Assembly: GCA_040901965.1 (NCBI GenBank)
Contig: JBBDYB010000017.1
Coordinates: 10,635 to 74,634, forward strand
Origin: Gemmatimonadales bacterium
GTDB lineage: Bacteria > Gemmatimonadota > Gemmatimonadetes > Gemmatimonadales > GWC2-71-9
Length of the DNA stretch: 64,000 nucleotides
Reading direction: 5' to 3'
Below, piece by piece: positions 8,999 through 16,997 of this stretch (positions are counted from its first letter, which is position 1; each line of letters opens with the position of its first letter). Below the pieces are notes generated by a model that ran no database searches, was not told the origin of the DNA, and saw only the letters and a list, made by a program, of their open reading frames with translations. A program made the translations under genes and the position numbers.

Positions 8999-9043
8999 AT
9001 GAAACACCAAACGTTTAAGACAGTTCAGTCCAATTATCGTTAG
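8999..9043 (+). CDS. 14-aa attI leader peptide MKHQTFKTVQSNYR (ORF-11-like)
   Basis: SD AGGGAGG 8987-93, ATG 8999, stop TAG lies in the G/TTAG crossover. Confidence 0.55.
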   Translation: MKHQTFKTVQSNYR

Positions 9044-9045
9044 AC
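9010..9045 (+). other. Putative attI site, crossover G9039/T9040
   Basis: GTTAGAC core; GTTAGACCGCGC is the exact reverse complement of GCGCGGTCTAAC at the end of cassette 1; no attC hairpin upstream. Confidence 0.75.
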
Positions 9046-9062
9046 CGCGCAACTTCCCTCTC

Positions 9063-9091
9063 TTGTGGTGTACATACATAGTATGTACATT
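9063..9091 (+). promoter_or_regulatory. TA cassette promoter with overlapping operator
   Basis: TTGTGG-17 bp-TACATT; perfect IR TGTACATAC-ata-GTATGTACA at 9069-9089. Confidence 0.7.
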
Positions 9092-9096
9092 GATCC

Positions 9097-9393
9097 GTGG
9101 CCGAGCTCCGTTTCGAATGGGATCCAACCAAGGACCAGGCCAATCGGCGGAAGCATAAGGTCTCATTTCAGGAGGCCGAGAGCGTCTTCGCCGATGAACA
9201 CGCGCGCTTATTGGACGATCCTGAGCACTCTGAGGATGAGGAGCGGTTCATACTCCTGGGCCTCAGCTCACGGTTCCGCGTTCTCGTGGTGGTACACACC
9301 CACAGAGGGGACGAGGACGTGATACGGATCATTTCGGCGCGGAGAGCCTCGAAGGCGGAGCGCACCTACTACGATGCGAGGTGGCAACGATGA
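9097..9393 (+). CDS. brnT: BrnT family toxin (ribonuclease)
   Basis: FEWDxxKxxxNxxKHxVSF..A..VF, HSxxEER, IRIISARRA. Confidence 0.92.
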   Translation: MAELRFEWDPTKDQANRRKHKVSFQEAESVFADEHARLLDDPEHSEDEERFILLGLSSRFRVLVVVHTHRGDEDVIRIISARRASKAERTYYDARWQR

Positions 9394-9653
9394 GACGCGA
9401 ATACGATTTCTCCAAGTCCCGGCCGAACCCCTATGCCGAGCGACTGAAGGAGTCTGTGACGATCCGGCTGGACACGCGGGCTTTGAAATACTTCAAGGAG
9501 CTATCAGCGACCAGCGGGATTCCTTACCAGACCCTGATTAATCTTTACCTCCGTGATTGCGCGGCGACGGGGCGCAAATTGGATCTTCAATGGAAAGCGC
9601 CGAAGCGTGCGCGGTCTAACAAGCGCTTGAAGCTGGCGGCGCGCGTAGATTAA
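9390..9653 (+). CDS. brnA: BrnA-type antitoxin (RHH/CopG-like)
   Basis: MRREYDFS..NPY, VTIRLD, YFK, GIPYQTLINLYL; ATGA overlap with the toxin. Confidence 0.88.
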   Translation: MRREYDFSKSRPNPYAERLKESVTIRLDTRALKYFKELSATSGIPYQTLINLYLRDCAATGRKLDLQWKAPKRARSNKRLKLAARVD

Positions 9654-9703
9654 GGAATGAGTCTTTTGTCAGCGCGCCGCAGCTTAAGCGCGATCCGTTA
9701 GGC
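9614..9703 (+). other. attC site 1 (90 bp)
   Basis: GTCTAAC...GTTAGGC; arms cgctt[g]aagctg[g]cggcgcgc / gcgcgccgcagcttaagcg with two extrahelical bases. Confidence 0.93.
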
Positions 9704-9723
9704 GGCTACGCGGCGAATAGACC

Positions 9724-9909
9724 ATGGCCACTAAGCATGTGATTCTCTTCAGCGTCGTCACACTCGTCGTCGCTTGCGCTCACGGCCCGATCAGCACCGG
9801 TCACCTCCTGCGTCCCGGCCCCGCCCTTATCCTCGATGGTGCAGTGCTCTCATGTCATGTCGGGAGCACCGCTCCGGGGCCCGTGGGCCAACGGGATCGC
9901 CGCAGCTGA
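9724..9909 (+). pseudogene. Truncated lipoprotein at the start of cassette 2
   Basis: Signal peptide with lipobox VVAC, then the frame degenerates. Confidence 0.5.
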
Positions 9910-10333
9910 TCTCGACCGGAGCGAGGTAACGGCCAACGACCTGGACGGCGCGGCGTTCTTCGGGCTGCGCATGGCCTCAGGCGCCGTGTTCCGGCCGGTC
10001 TCGATGACGGGCAACAGCCTTCGCAACAACCGGATCACCCGCTCCGCCAGCGCCGGCATGTTCGTGCACTCGGCGTGCGCCAACACGTTCGCTGGCGACA
10101 ACCTGACCAGGAACGTGTCGAACGTGGGCGCGATCTTCGACGAGGCAACCGGCGCGAACACGTTCCTAGGCAACCAAACGGTCGTGATCGACAACGGCGA
10201 CTTCGACTGCGACGGCGACGGCGTCGTGGACCCGAACGGGATCACTGGGCCGGGCCTTGTCCGGCGCGGCGTGGCACTCGGGCCACCGGAAGCCAGCGCC
10301 GTCGGCGCGGCGAACGGCAAGGCGCTCAGATAG
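9852..10333 (+). pseudogene. C-terminal fragment of a right-handed beta-helix protein
   Basis: Asn-ladder repeats (GNSLRNNRI, ANTFAGD, ANTFLGN) and DCDGDG motif; no clear N-terminus. Confidence 0.55.
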
Positions 10334-10564
10334 AGAGGGAACCTGGGCCAGGCCGGCTCTGCGTCGCCGCCCGGCCCAGTGCCTGCGCCATAGCCTTTTC
10401 AACTCCTCGATCTCATGGAGCTTCGGGAGCAGCGCGCGCGGTCGGGGGGAGCAGGTCGACCACGACCTCCTTGAATTGAATCTGGCAGAATCGGATCTCT
10501 TGCTGGGCTCAGCGCCAGGTCTGGCCAGATCGGGGTACCAACGGCGATCGGAACCTTTCGCGCT

Positions 10565-10694
10565 ACCTAACGAGCGAATGGACCTGACGGCGCGGCAGCC
10601 TCCTCAACGTGGTATGTTAGTCCATGTGGCGCGCGACGGGGGACATGGATAGCCCCGGTGGCCGCGCCGCAGATCATTCGCGAATCCGTTAGGC
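10565..10694 (+). other. attC site 2 (130 bp)
   Basis: ACCTAAC...GTTAGGC; arms cgaatg[g]acctg[a]cggcgcggc / gccgcgccgcagatcattcg. Confidence 0.9.
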
Positions 10695-10698
10695 AGCC

Positions 10699-11109
10699 AT
10701 GACTACTGGATGGGCATGTCCAAAGTGCAAGCGCCGGTTTACACGAAAGAACCAGCGCCACGCTTGCGGTACAGGGGACCGCGCCGAGGTTCTCCGGAAT
10801 AGGCCACCTGAAATTGTCGAGCTCTTTGCCGCTTTGGAAACGTTCGCCAAGGCGCTCGGGCCAGTGGAATTCGTGACGCGCGAACGATATGTATTGCTTC
10901 GAAGCAAGCGCATTTTTGCCGACTTAGTCATCATGTCCGACGCCCTGCGACTCGCAATCCACCTATCGAGGAAGGTGGAGAACAAACTATTCATGAAGAT
11001 CGGCTCAAATCGGAGACAAGTGACACATGTCGCCAAGCTGCGGAGTATGGAAGATCTCGAAATCATGAAACCGTTCTTGCGCGAAGCTTATGAATACTCG
11101 ATCGCATAG
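10699..11109 (+). CDS. DUF5655-like protein with N-terminal zinc ribbon (cassette 3)
   Basis: WACPKCKRRF..NQRHAC; ATG 10 nt after the crossover; lower GC. Confidence 0.75.
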   Translation: MTTGWACPKCKRRFTRKNQRHACGTGDRAEVLRNRPPEIVELFAALETFAKALGPVEFVTRERYVLLRSKRIFADLVIMSDALRLAIHLSRKVENKLFMKIGSNRRQVTHVAKLRSMEDLEIMKPFLREAYEYSIA

Positions 11110-11118
11110 AGAGCGGGC

Positions 11119-11889
11119 CTAGGGCCTCTTCTTCACTTCTTCCCACAGCTTGTCCAGCGCGTCCAAACTTGCCCTGCCCATTTCCAATCCGCGCTCCTCA
11201 GCCAGCTTCTCGACTTGCTCGAAGCGTCGCTGGAACTTGGCGTTGGCGCGCTCCAACGCCTGATTGGGCTCGATGCCGAGCTTGCGGGCGAGATTGACGG
11301 CCGCGAACAGCAGGTCGCCGATCTCCTCTTCGACCCGCTCCCTGCGTCCCGCTCCCTGTTCCTTTTCGAGCTCCGCCGTTTCTTCTTTTACTTTGTCCAT
11401 CGGCCCCTTCGCATCGGGCCAGTCGAACCCGATACCGGCGGCGCGCTCCTGGAGCCGATAGGCCATGAGCAATGGGGGAAGCGTGGGCGGCAATCCCGCG
11501 AGCGTACCCCGCTTGCCGCCGGTGCGCGGCTCGCGTCGCTTCGCGAGCTCCCAGCCCGCGTGGTCGCTCAGGCTCACGCGCCCGTCGCCGAACAGATGGG
11601 GGTGCCGGCGCCACATCTTTTCCTCGAGCGTCCGCGTGATCACTTCGGCGTTGAACTGCGAGCGCTCCTCGCCGATCACGATTTGAAACGCGAGATGCAG
11701 GAGCAGATCGCCCAGCTCGTCGCGCATCGCTTCGGGGTCATCGGTCTGGATGGCTTGGTCGAGCTCGAGTGCCTCCTCGACCAGGTAGGGGCGGAGCGTT
11801 TGCGGATTCTGCGCGCGGTCCCAGGGACACCGCAGCCGTAGATCGCGCACGAGTCCGAGAGCACGTCCAAGCGCTGAATCGCCTTGCAT
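11119..11889 (-). CDS. mazG: Nucleoside triphosphate pyrophosphohydrolase MazG
   Basis: CPWD..Q, EE..E, ELGDLL, GFDW, EEIGDLLF tandem domains. Confidence 0.95.
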   Translation of the reverse strand: MQGDSALGRALGLVRDLRLRCPWDRAQNPQTLRPYLVEEALELDQAIQTDDPEAMRDELGDLLLHLAFQIVIGEERSQFNAEVITRTLEEKMWRRHPHLFGDGRVSLSDHAGWELAKRREPRTGGKRGTLAGLPPTLPPLLMAYRLQERAAGIGFDWPDAKGPMDKVKEETAELEKEQGAGRRERVEEEIGDLLFAAVNLARKLGIEPNQALERANAKFQRRFEQVEKLAEERGLEMGRASLDALDKLWEEVKKRP

Positions 11890-11935
11890 TTAGCCTCCGC
11901 GCGGGGTATCATACCCGCGCCTGTGAGCGTGTCAA
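11884..11935. promoter_or_regulatory. Bidirectional promoter mazG/alr
   Basis: Plus strand TTGCAT-17-TATCAT; minus strand TTGACA-16-TATGAT; the -10 hexamers overlap at 11907-13. Confidence 0.6.
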
Positions 11936-13014
11936 TGAGCGGGAAGGGCGGCCCTCCCCGAGCTTGGGTGGAAGTGGACGTGGGTGCCCTCGTCGACAAC
12001 GCCCGCACTGTGGCCCGCGTCGCGGGTACGCGGCTCCTCCCCGTCGTCAAAGCTAACGCGTACGGGGTCGGAGCCGTCGCTGTGTCTAGGGCCCTCGAGC
12101 AGGTCGATCCCTGGGGGTTCGGTGTCGCGACGATCGAAGAGGGCGCCGAATTGCGCGCCGCCGGGATCACGCGACCGATTCTCGTCTTCATGCCGACGCG
12201 CGCCCAGCTGTTCAGCGAATATGACCGGCACCAACTGACGCCGGCCCTCGGCGACGCCGGCAGCATCCTCGAGTGGACGGCGCGCGGCGAGCGTCCGTTT
12301 CACATCGAGATAGATACCGGCATGGGCCGAGCCGGGGTGCGGTGGGATGAAATCGACGGGCTGGGGGAGGCGGTCGACACGCCTTCGCTGGAAGGATGCT
12401 ATACGCACTTCCACTCCGCCGACCGGGACGACGGGTCGGCCGAGCAGCAGCTCGAGCGATTCCTGGGGGCGGTGGGTCGGCTGCCGCGAAAGCCGGTCCT
12501 GCTGCACGTCGCGAACAGCGCGGCGGCGCTACGCGGGGCCGCTTTCGCGTTCGATTTGGTGCGACCCGGCATCTTCCTCTATGGAGGATCGCCAGGCGAG
12601 GGATTGCCCCAGCCGCGGCCGGTCGTGAGCGTGCGGGCTCGCGTGTTGAGCCTGCGGCGCGTGCGCCAAGGGGAAAGCGTCAGTTACGACGCGAGCTGGC
12701 GCGCGCCGCGGGATTCGGTGGTCGCGACGCTCGGCATTGGGTACGCCGATGGGATTCGGCGCAGCGTGGGCGTCAGCGGCACGTCGAACGTGTTGTTGCG
12801 CGGCAAGCGCTGTCCCATCGTTGGGGTCGTGCAGATGGACATGTCGCTGGTCGAGACTGGGACAGTGGAGGTGCAGGTAGGAGACGTCGCCACGCTCGTC
12901 GGGGAAGAAGCGACGCAACGCATCACCCTGGGCGAATTCGCGACGTGGAGCAATGAGCTCCCGCATGAGCTCCTCACCGGACTGGGGCCGCGGCTGCCGC
13001 GGGTGTATGCGTGA
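11935..13014 (+). CDS. alr: Alanine racemase
   Basis: VVKANAYG, IDTGMGR, ANSAA, VRPGIFLYG, GYADG. Confidence 0.95.
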   Translation: MSGKGGPPRAWVEVDVGALVDNARTVARVAGTRLLPVVKANAYGVGAVAVSRALEQVDPWGFGVATIEEGAELRAAGITRPILVFMPTRAQLFSEYDRHQLTPALGDAGSILEWTARGERPFHIEIDTGMGRAGVRWDEIDGLGEAVDTPSLEGCYTHFHSADRDDGSAEQQLERFLGAVGRLPRKPVLLHVANSAAALRGAAFAFDLVRPGIFLYGGSPGEGLPQPRPVVSVRARVLSLRRVRQGESVSYDASWRAPRDSVVATLGIGYADGIRRSVGVSGTSNVLLRGKRCPIVGVVQMDMSLVETGTVEVQVGDVATLVGEEATQRITLGEFATWSNELPHELLTGLGPRLPRVYA

Positions 13015-14186
13015 ACCGGGGCGCGGGACGCGCGGCGATCATCGTGCTGGATGGGCTCGGCATCGGACCGGCGCCCGATACGGCGGCATACGGCGACGCG
13101 GGATCGGATACGCTGGGGAACGTCGCCCGCGCGGTGGGCGGGTTGCGGCTGCAGAACTTAGAAAAGCTGGGTCTCGGCAAGGATCGGCCCATCCCCGGTC
13201 TTGCGCCCGGGGTCAGTCCCACCGCAGCGCACGGGATAGCCCAGCCGACGTCGGCAGGGAAGGACAGCATCACGGGCCACTGGGAGATCTGCGGTGTCAT
13301 TCTGAAAAAGGCGTTTCGTACGTATCCGACCGGCTTTCCAAAGACGCTGCTCGACGAGTTCGCCGGGCGCACGGGGCGCGGGTGGCTGGGGAACACCGCG
13401 GCGTCGGGCACCGCGATCCTTGCCGACCTCGGCGCGGAGCACCAGCGCACGGGCAAGTGGATCGTGTACACGTCCGCCGATTCGGTCTTCCAGATCGCGG
13501 CGCACGAGGCCACGGTGCCGCTCGACGAGCTGTACCGGGCGTGCACGGTCGCCCGCGAGATGCTGATGGGGGAGCACGCGGTGAGCCGGGTCATCGCCCG
13601 GCCGTTCGAGGGCGCGCCCGGGGACTACCGCCGCACGGTGCACCGCAAGGATTTTTCGATCGCGCCGGTGGGGACCACGCTGTTGGATCGGCTCGCGGAA
13701 GCCGGCGTGCCACGGATCGGCATCGGCAAGGTGGACGACTTGTTCGCGGGCCGGAACATCACCAGCGAGCACACGCCCACGAACGGCGATGCCTACCGCC
13801 TGATCGAGCGGGCGCTCGAGACGCTCGATACGGGGTTCGTGTTCGTGAACGTGATCGAATTCGACCAGACGTGGGGGCACCGGAACGACGTGGCGGGGTT
13901 TCATCAGGGACTCAAGGAGCTGGATGCCTGGCTGCCGCGCCTCGTCGCCCGGCTGCGGCCGGACGACGTGGTGATGCTCACGGCGGATCACGGCAACGAT
14001 CCCACCACGCCATCCACCGATCACTCGCGCGAAGTCGTGCCGGTTCTGGTGCTGGGGCCCAAGGTCAAGCCGGTGGCGCTGGGGACGCGGCGGACGTTCG
14101 CCGACCTGGGGCAGACGGTGGCGGAATACTTCGGCGTGAAGCCGCTCGCGGCCGGCACGTCGTTCCTGGGGGAGGTAGCGGCGTGA
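13011..14186 (+). CDS. deoB: Phosphopentomutase
   Basis: LDGLGIG, GKDSITGHWE, YTSADSVFQIAAHE, GHRND, TADHGNDPT..TDHSRE. Confidence 0.95.
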   Translation: MNRGAGRAAIIVLDGLGIGPAPDTAAYGDAGSDTLGNVARAVGGLRLQNLEKLGLGKDRPIPGLAPGVSPTAAHGIAQPTSAGKDSITGHWEICGVILKKAFRTYPTGFPKTLLDEFAGRTGRGWLGNTAASGTAILADLGAEHQRTGKWIVYTSADSVFQIAAHEATVPLDELYRACTVAREMLMGEHAVSRVIARPFEGAPGDYRRTVHRKDFSIAPVGTTLLDRLAEAGVPRIGIGKVDDLFAGRNITSEHTPTNGDAYRLIERALETLDTGFVFVNVIEFDQTWGHRNDVAGFHQGLKELDAWLPRLVARLRPDDVVMLTADHGNDPTTPSTDHSREVVPVLVLGPKVKPVALGTRRTFADLGQTVAEYFGVKPLAAGTSFLGEVAA

Positions 14187-14569
14187 CGGACCTAACGGCG
14201 CGGGCCCGGGACGCGATGCGCCACGCCTGGGCGCCCTACAGCAACTTTCACGTGGGCGCGGCGATTGAAGCGGCCGACGGCAACGTATACGTGGGCTGCA
14301 ACGTCGAGAGCGCGTCCTACGGCCTGACGATCTGCGCGGAGCGTATGGCCCTCGGCGCCGCGGTCGTGGGCGGGGCGCGGCAGCTGGCGCGGATCGTGGT
14401 GACGACCGACGTGGATCCGCCGGCCGCGCCCTGCGGCGCCTGCCGGCAGCTGTTGGCCGAATTCGGCTTGAGCCTGGAAGTGATCGCGGTCGGCCCGACG
14501 AGCGAGCGGCGCTGGACCCTGGCCGCGCTGCTGCCCGATGCCTTCACGAAGGAGACACTCGACCGGTGA
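14183..14569 (+). CDS. cdd: Cytidine deaminase
   Basis: APYSNFHVGAA, GCNVE, ICAER, PCGACRQ. Confidence 0.95.
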   Translation: MTDLTARARDAMRHAWAPYSNFHVGAAIEAADGNVYVGCNVESASYGLTICAERMALGAAVVGGARQLARIVVTTDVDPPAAPCGACRQLLAEFGLSLEVIAVGPTSERRWTLAALLPDAFTKETLDR

Positions 14570-15870
14570 AGCGACTTGCCTTGATTCTCCTGCTCGGCGC
14601 CTGCACCGAGCAGGTCACGGCCCCGGGCGTGTGCCCAAACTTCTGTCCGGGCGGGGCGATCGACATCAAGGACACGATCTTTACCGACGTGATCGAGCGC
14701 GATTCCGCGTTCCGCGGCTATCTCCGCGCGGACCAGGCGGACGCGATGACCGTCGCCGACATCCCGGGCGTCGTGGACAGCCGCGCCATTTTCCGGCTGA
14801 CCTTCTTGGATCCGCGCGTGACGCCGACGCCGGGCGATACGACGACCGTCCCGATCAGCGTGGACTCGGCGCGGCTGCGCGTGCAGATCGTGCGGCGCGA
14901 CAGGAACTCCGCGAACCTGCGGCTCAACTTGTACCGGCTGCCGAGCACGGTCGACTCCGCCTCGACGTTCGCCCAGCTCGACCCGGATTTCAGCGGGCCG
15001 GTCATTGATAGTGTCAACATCAGCGATCTCCTCGCGCGTCCGCCGATCGGCGACACGGCGACCGTGCGCATCTGGGGCGATACGATCCGCACCGACTCCG
15101 CCGGCCACACATTGCAGATCGTTCGCGCCGACTCGTCGCTCGTCCTGTATTTCGACCTGGACACGACGCAGGCGCCGTTCGTCGCGGCCGATTCGGGGAG
15201 GCTCGGCTGGGGTGTGCGGGTCGCGGCGGATTCGCTCGCGAGCGCGGCCCTGGGGGCGAGCGGGATCAGTTTCACCGACCGCGATCCCCTGATCCGGTGG
15301 TTCTATCACTACCCGATTCCCGACACCCTCGCGGCCCCGGACAGCGTCGTGCACACCAGCTCCCAGCGCGCGACCTCGTTCGACAGCTTTGTCTTCGATC
15401 CGCCCCATCCGCCACTCGATGACAACCTCACGGTCGGCGGCGCGCCGTCGGCACGCAGCCTGCTGCGCGTGGCGATGCCCGCGTTCCTGCACGACAGCTT
15501 CGACGTCGTGCGTGCGACGGTGATCCTCGTCCCGGTAGCGGCCGTGGTCGGCGCCCGGGGCGATTCGTTCGTGGTGCGGGCGCGCCCCGTTCTGACGGAT
15601 CTGGGCGCCAAGTCTCCGATCAGCCCGGCGGCTGCCTTCTATGGAGGGGCAACGATCCGCATCGGATCCGCGGATACCGTGCGCATCGAGTTGTCGGACC
15701 TGATCCGCGCGTGGGCGCTCGATACGAGTGCCACAACCGCGTTCATGCTGGACCAGTTGCCTGAGGCGGCGTCGTACACCGAGATCCGGTTCTATTCGTC
15801 GCGCACTCCGGCGTTCCGGCCGGCGTTGCACGTGACCTACGTCAAGCGCTTCCCATTCGGGACACCATGA
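14566..15870 (+). CDS. Hypothetical lipoprotein
   Basis: MKRLALILLLGAC lipobox; beta-rich body; translationally coupled. Confidence 0.8.
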   Translation: MKRLALILLLGACTEQVTAPGVCPNFCPGGAIDIKDTIFTDVIERDSAFRGYLRADQADAMTVADIPGVVDSRAIFRLTFLDPRVTPTPGDTTTVPISVDSARLRVQIVRRDRNSANLRLNLYRLPSTVDSASTFAQLDPDFSGPVIDSVNISDLLARPPIGDTATVRIWGDTIRTDSAGHTLQIVRADSSLVLYFDLDTTQAPFVAADSGRLGWGVRVAADSLASAALGASGISFTDRDPLIRWFYHYPIPDTLAAPDSVVHTSSQRATSFDSFVFDPPHPPLDDNLTVGGAPSARSLLRVAMPAFLHDSFDVVRATVILVPVAAVVGARGDSFVVRARPVLTDLGAKSPISPAAAFYGGATIRIGSADTVRIELSDLIRAWALDTSATTAFMLDQLPEAASYTEIRFYSSRTPAFRPALHVTYVKRFPFGTP

Positions 15871-16997
15871 ACAAGACGGGCGGACGGTCTGACGGCCTGA
15901 CGGCCGGCAAGGCGGTGGTGGCGGCGCTCATCCTGGCCGTCGGGCCGTCCGGCCGCCTGGCCGCCCAGGACTCTCAATTCGGCATCCGCGGTCTCGGCAC
16001 TCCAGGCAAGTGGGAGAGCGTGCGCGCCCGGGCCACCGGGGGCGCGTTCGCCCCGTTCGACGCGTTCTCGCCGCTGCTCGACGCCTCGATTGCCGACGTC
16101 CGCCGCATGACCGCGGGCGTCACCGGCGCGACGTCGTGGCGCTCGGTGAGCGCCGGGGGGACGGACGCATCGCTGCGCGGCTCGCGCTTTCCGGCACTGG
16201 TGATCGCGGGCCCGCTGACCCAGCGGATTGTGATCGGTGGGGGCTTCGCGACCTATCTGGACCGGACGTTCGGCATCACGACGCGCGACACGATCGACCT
16301 GCGGGGCGTGCCGCAGCCGATCACCGACGAGATCCGGAGCGACGGGGCCATCTCGGATCTGCGCCTCGCGCTCGCGGCCCGCGTGCATCCCAGTTTCGCG
16401 GTGGGCGTAGGGTTCCACCTCATCACCGGCTCCACGCGCGTGGTCGCGATCCGGCGCTTCGACGATACGACCTACCGCACGTCTACGGCGCGCGACGAGG
16501 TCGCGTACGAGGGCCTGGGCGGGTCGGCGAGCGCGCTGTTCGACCTCAACGCCGACCTCCGCGTCGCTGGCTGGGTCCGCTCCGACTCAAAACTGCGCGC
16601 CGACCTCCGCGGCCGCACGACGGCGGAGGACGATCTGCCGCTGTCGTTCGGTGGCGGCGTGCGCTGGAGGGCCGGCGCGCAGGCAGCCGTCGCGGGTGCG
16701 GTGGCATGGCGCAAATGGGCGGGGGCGGGGCCGAACTCGCATGACACGTTCAACTGGTCGCTGGGTGCGGAGCTGGGCTCGGCCGGCTTCCCCATCCGCC
16801 TGGGCGTGCGCGGCGGGCAGCTCCCGTTTGGCATCGGCACGACGCCCACCGAGTTCGGTGTCGCTGCCGGGCTCGGCAGGCAGTTCTCGGGGGGCCGCGG
16901 ACGGCTCGACTTCGGCCTGGAGCGGCTCGAGCGCAAAGGCAGCGGCTTGACCGAGCGCGTGTGGACGTTCCTCCTGGGGCTGACCGTGCGGCCGTGA
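15867..16997 (+). CDS. Putative outer-membrane beta-barrel protein (FadL/PorV-like)
   Basis: Signal peptide, alternating amphipathic strands, C-terminal FLLGLTVRP. Confidence 0.7.
   Translation: MNKTGGRSDGLTAGKAVVAALILAVGPSGRLAAQDSQFGIRGLGTPGKWESVRARATGGAFAPFDAFSPLLDASIADVRRMTAGVTGATSWRSVSAGGTDASLRGSRFPALVIAGPLTQRIVIGGGFATYLDRTFGITTRDTIDLRGVPQPITDEIRSDGAISDLRLALAARVHPSFAVGVGFHLITGSTRVVAIRRFDDTTYRTSTARDEVAYEGLGGSASALFDLNADLRVAGWVRSDSKLRADLRGRTTAEDDLPLSFGGGVRWRAGAQAAVAGAVAWRKWAGAGPNSHDTFNWSLGAELGSAGFPIRLGVRGGQLPFGIGTTPTEFGVAAGLGRQFSGGRGRLDFGLERLERKGSGLTERVWTFLLGLTVRP

Larger units (their letters stand above)
7963..11109 (+). mobile_element. Chromosomal integron: inverted integrase, attI and three cassette units
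   Basis: intI followed by GTTAGAC core, two attC sites and cassette ORFs with lower GC; bounded by rtcB and mazG. Confidence 0.9.
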
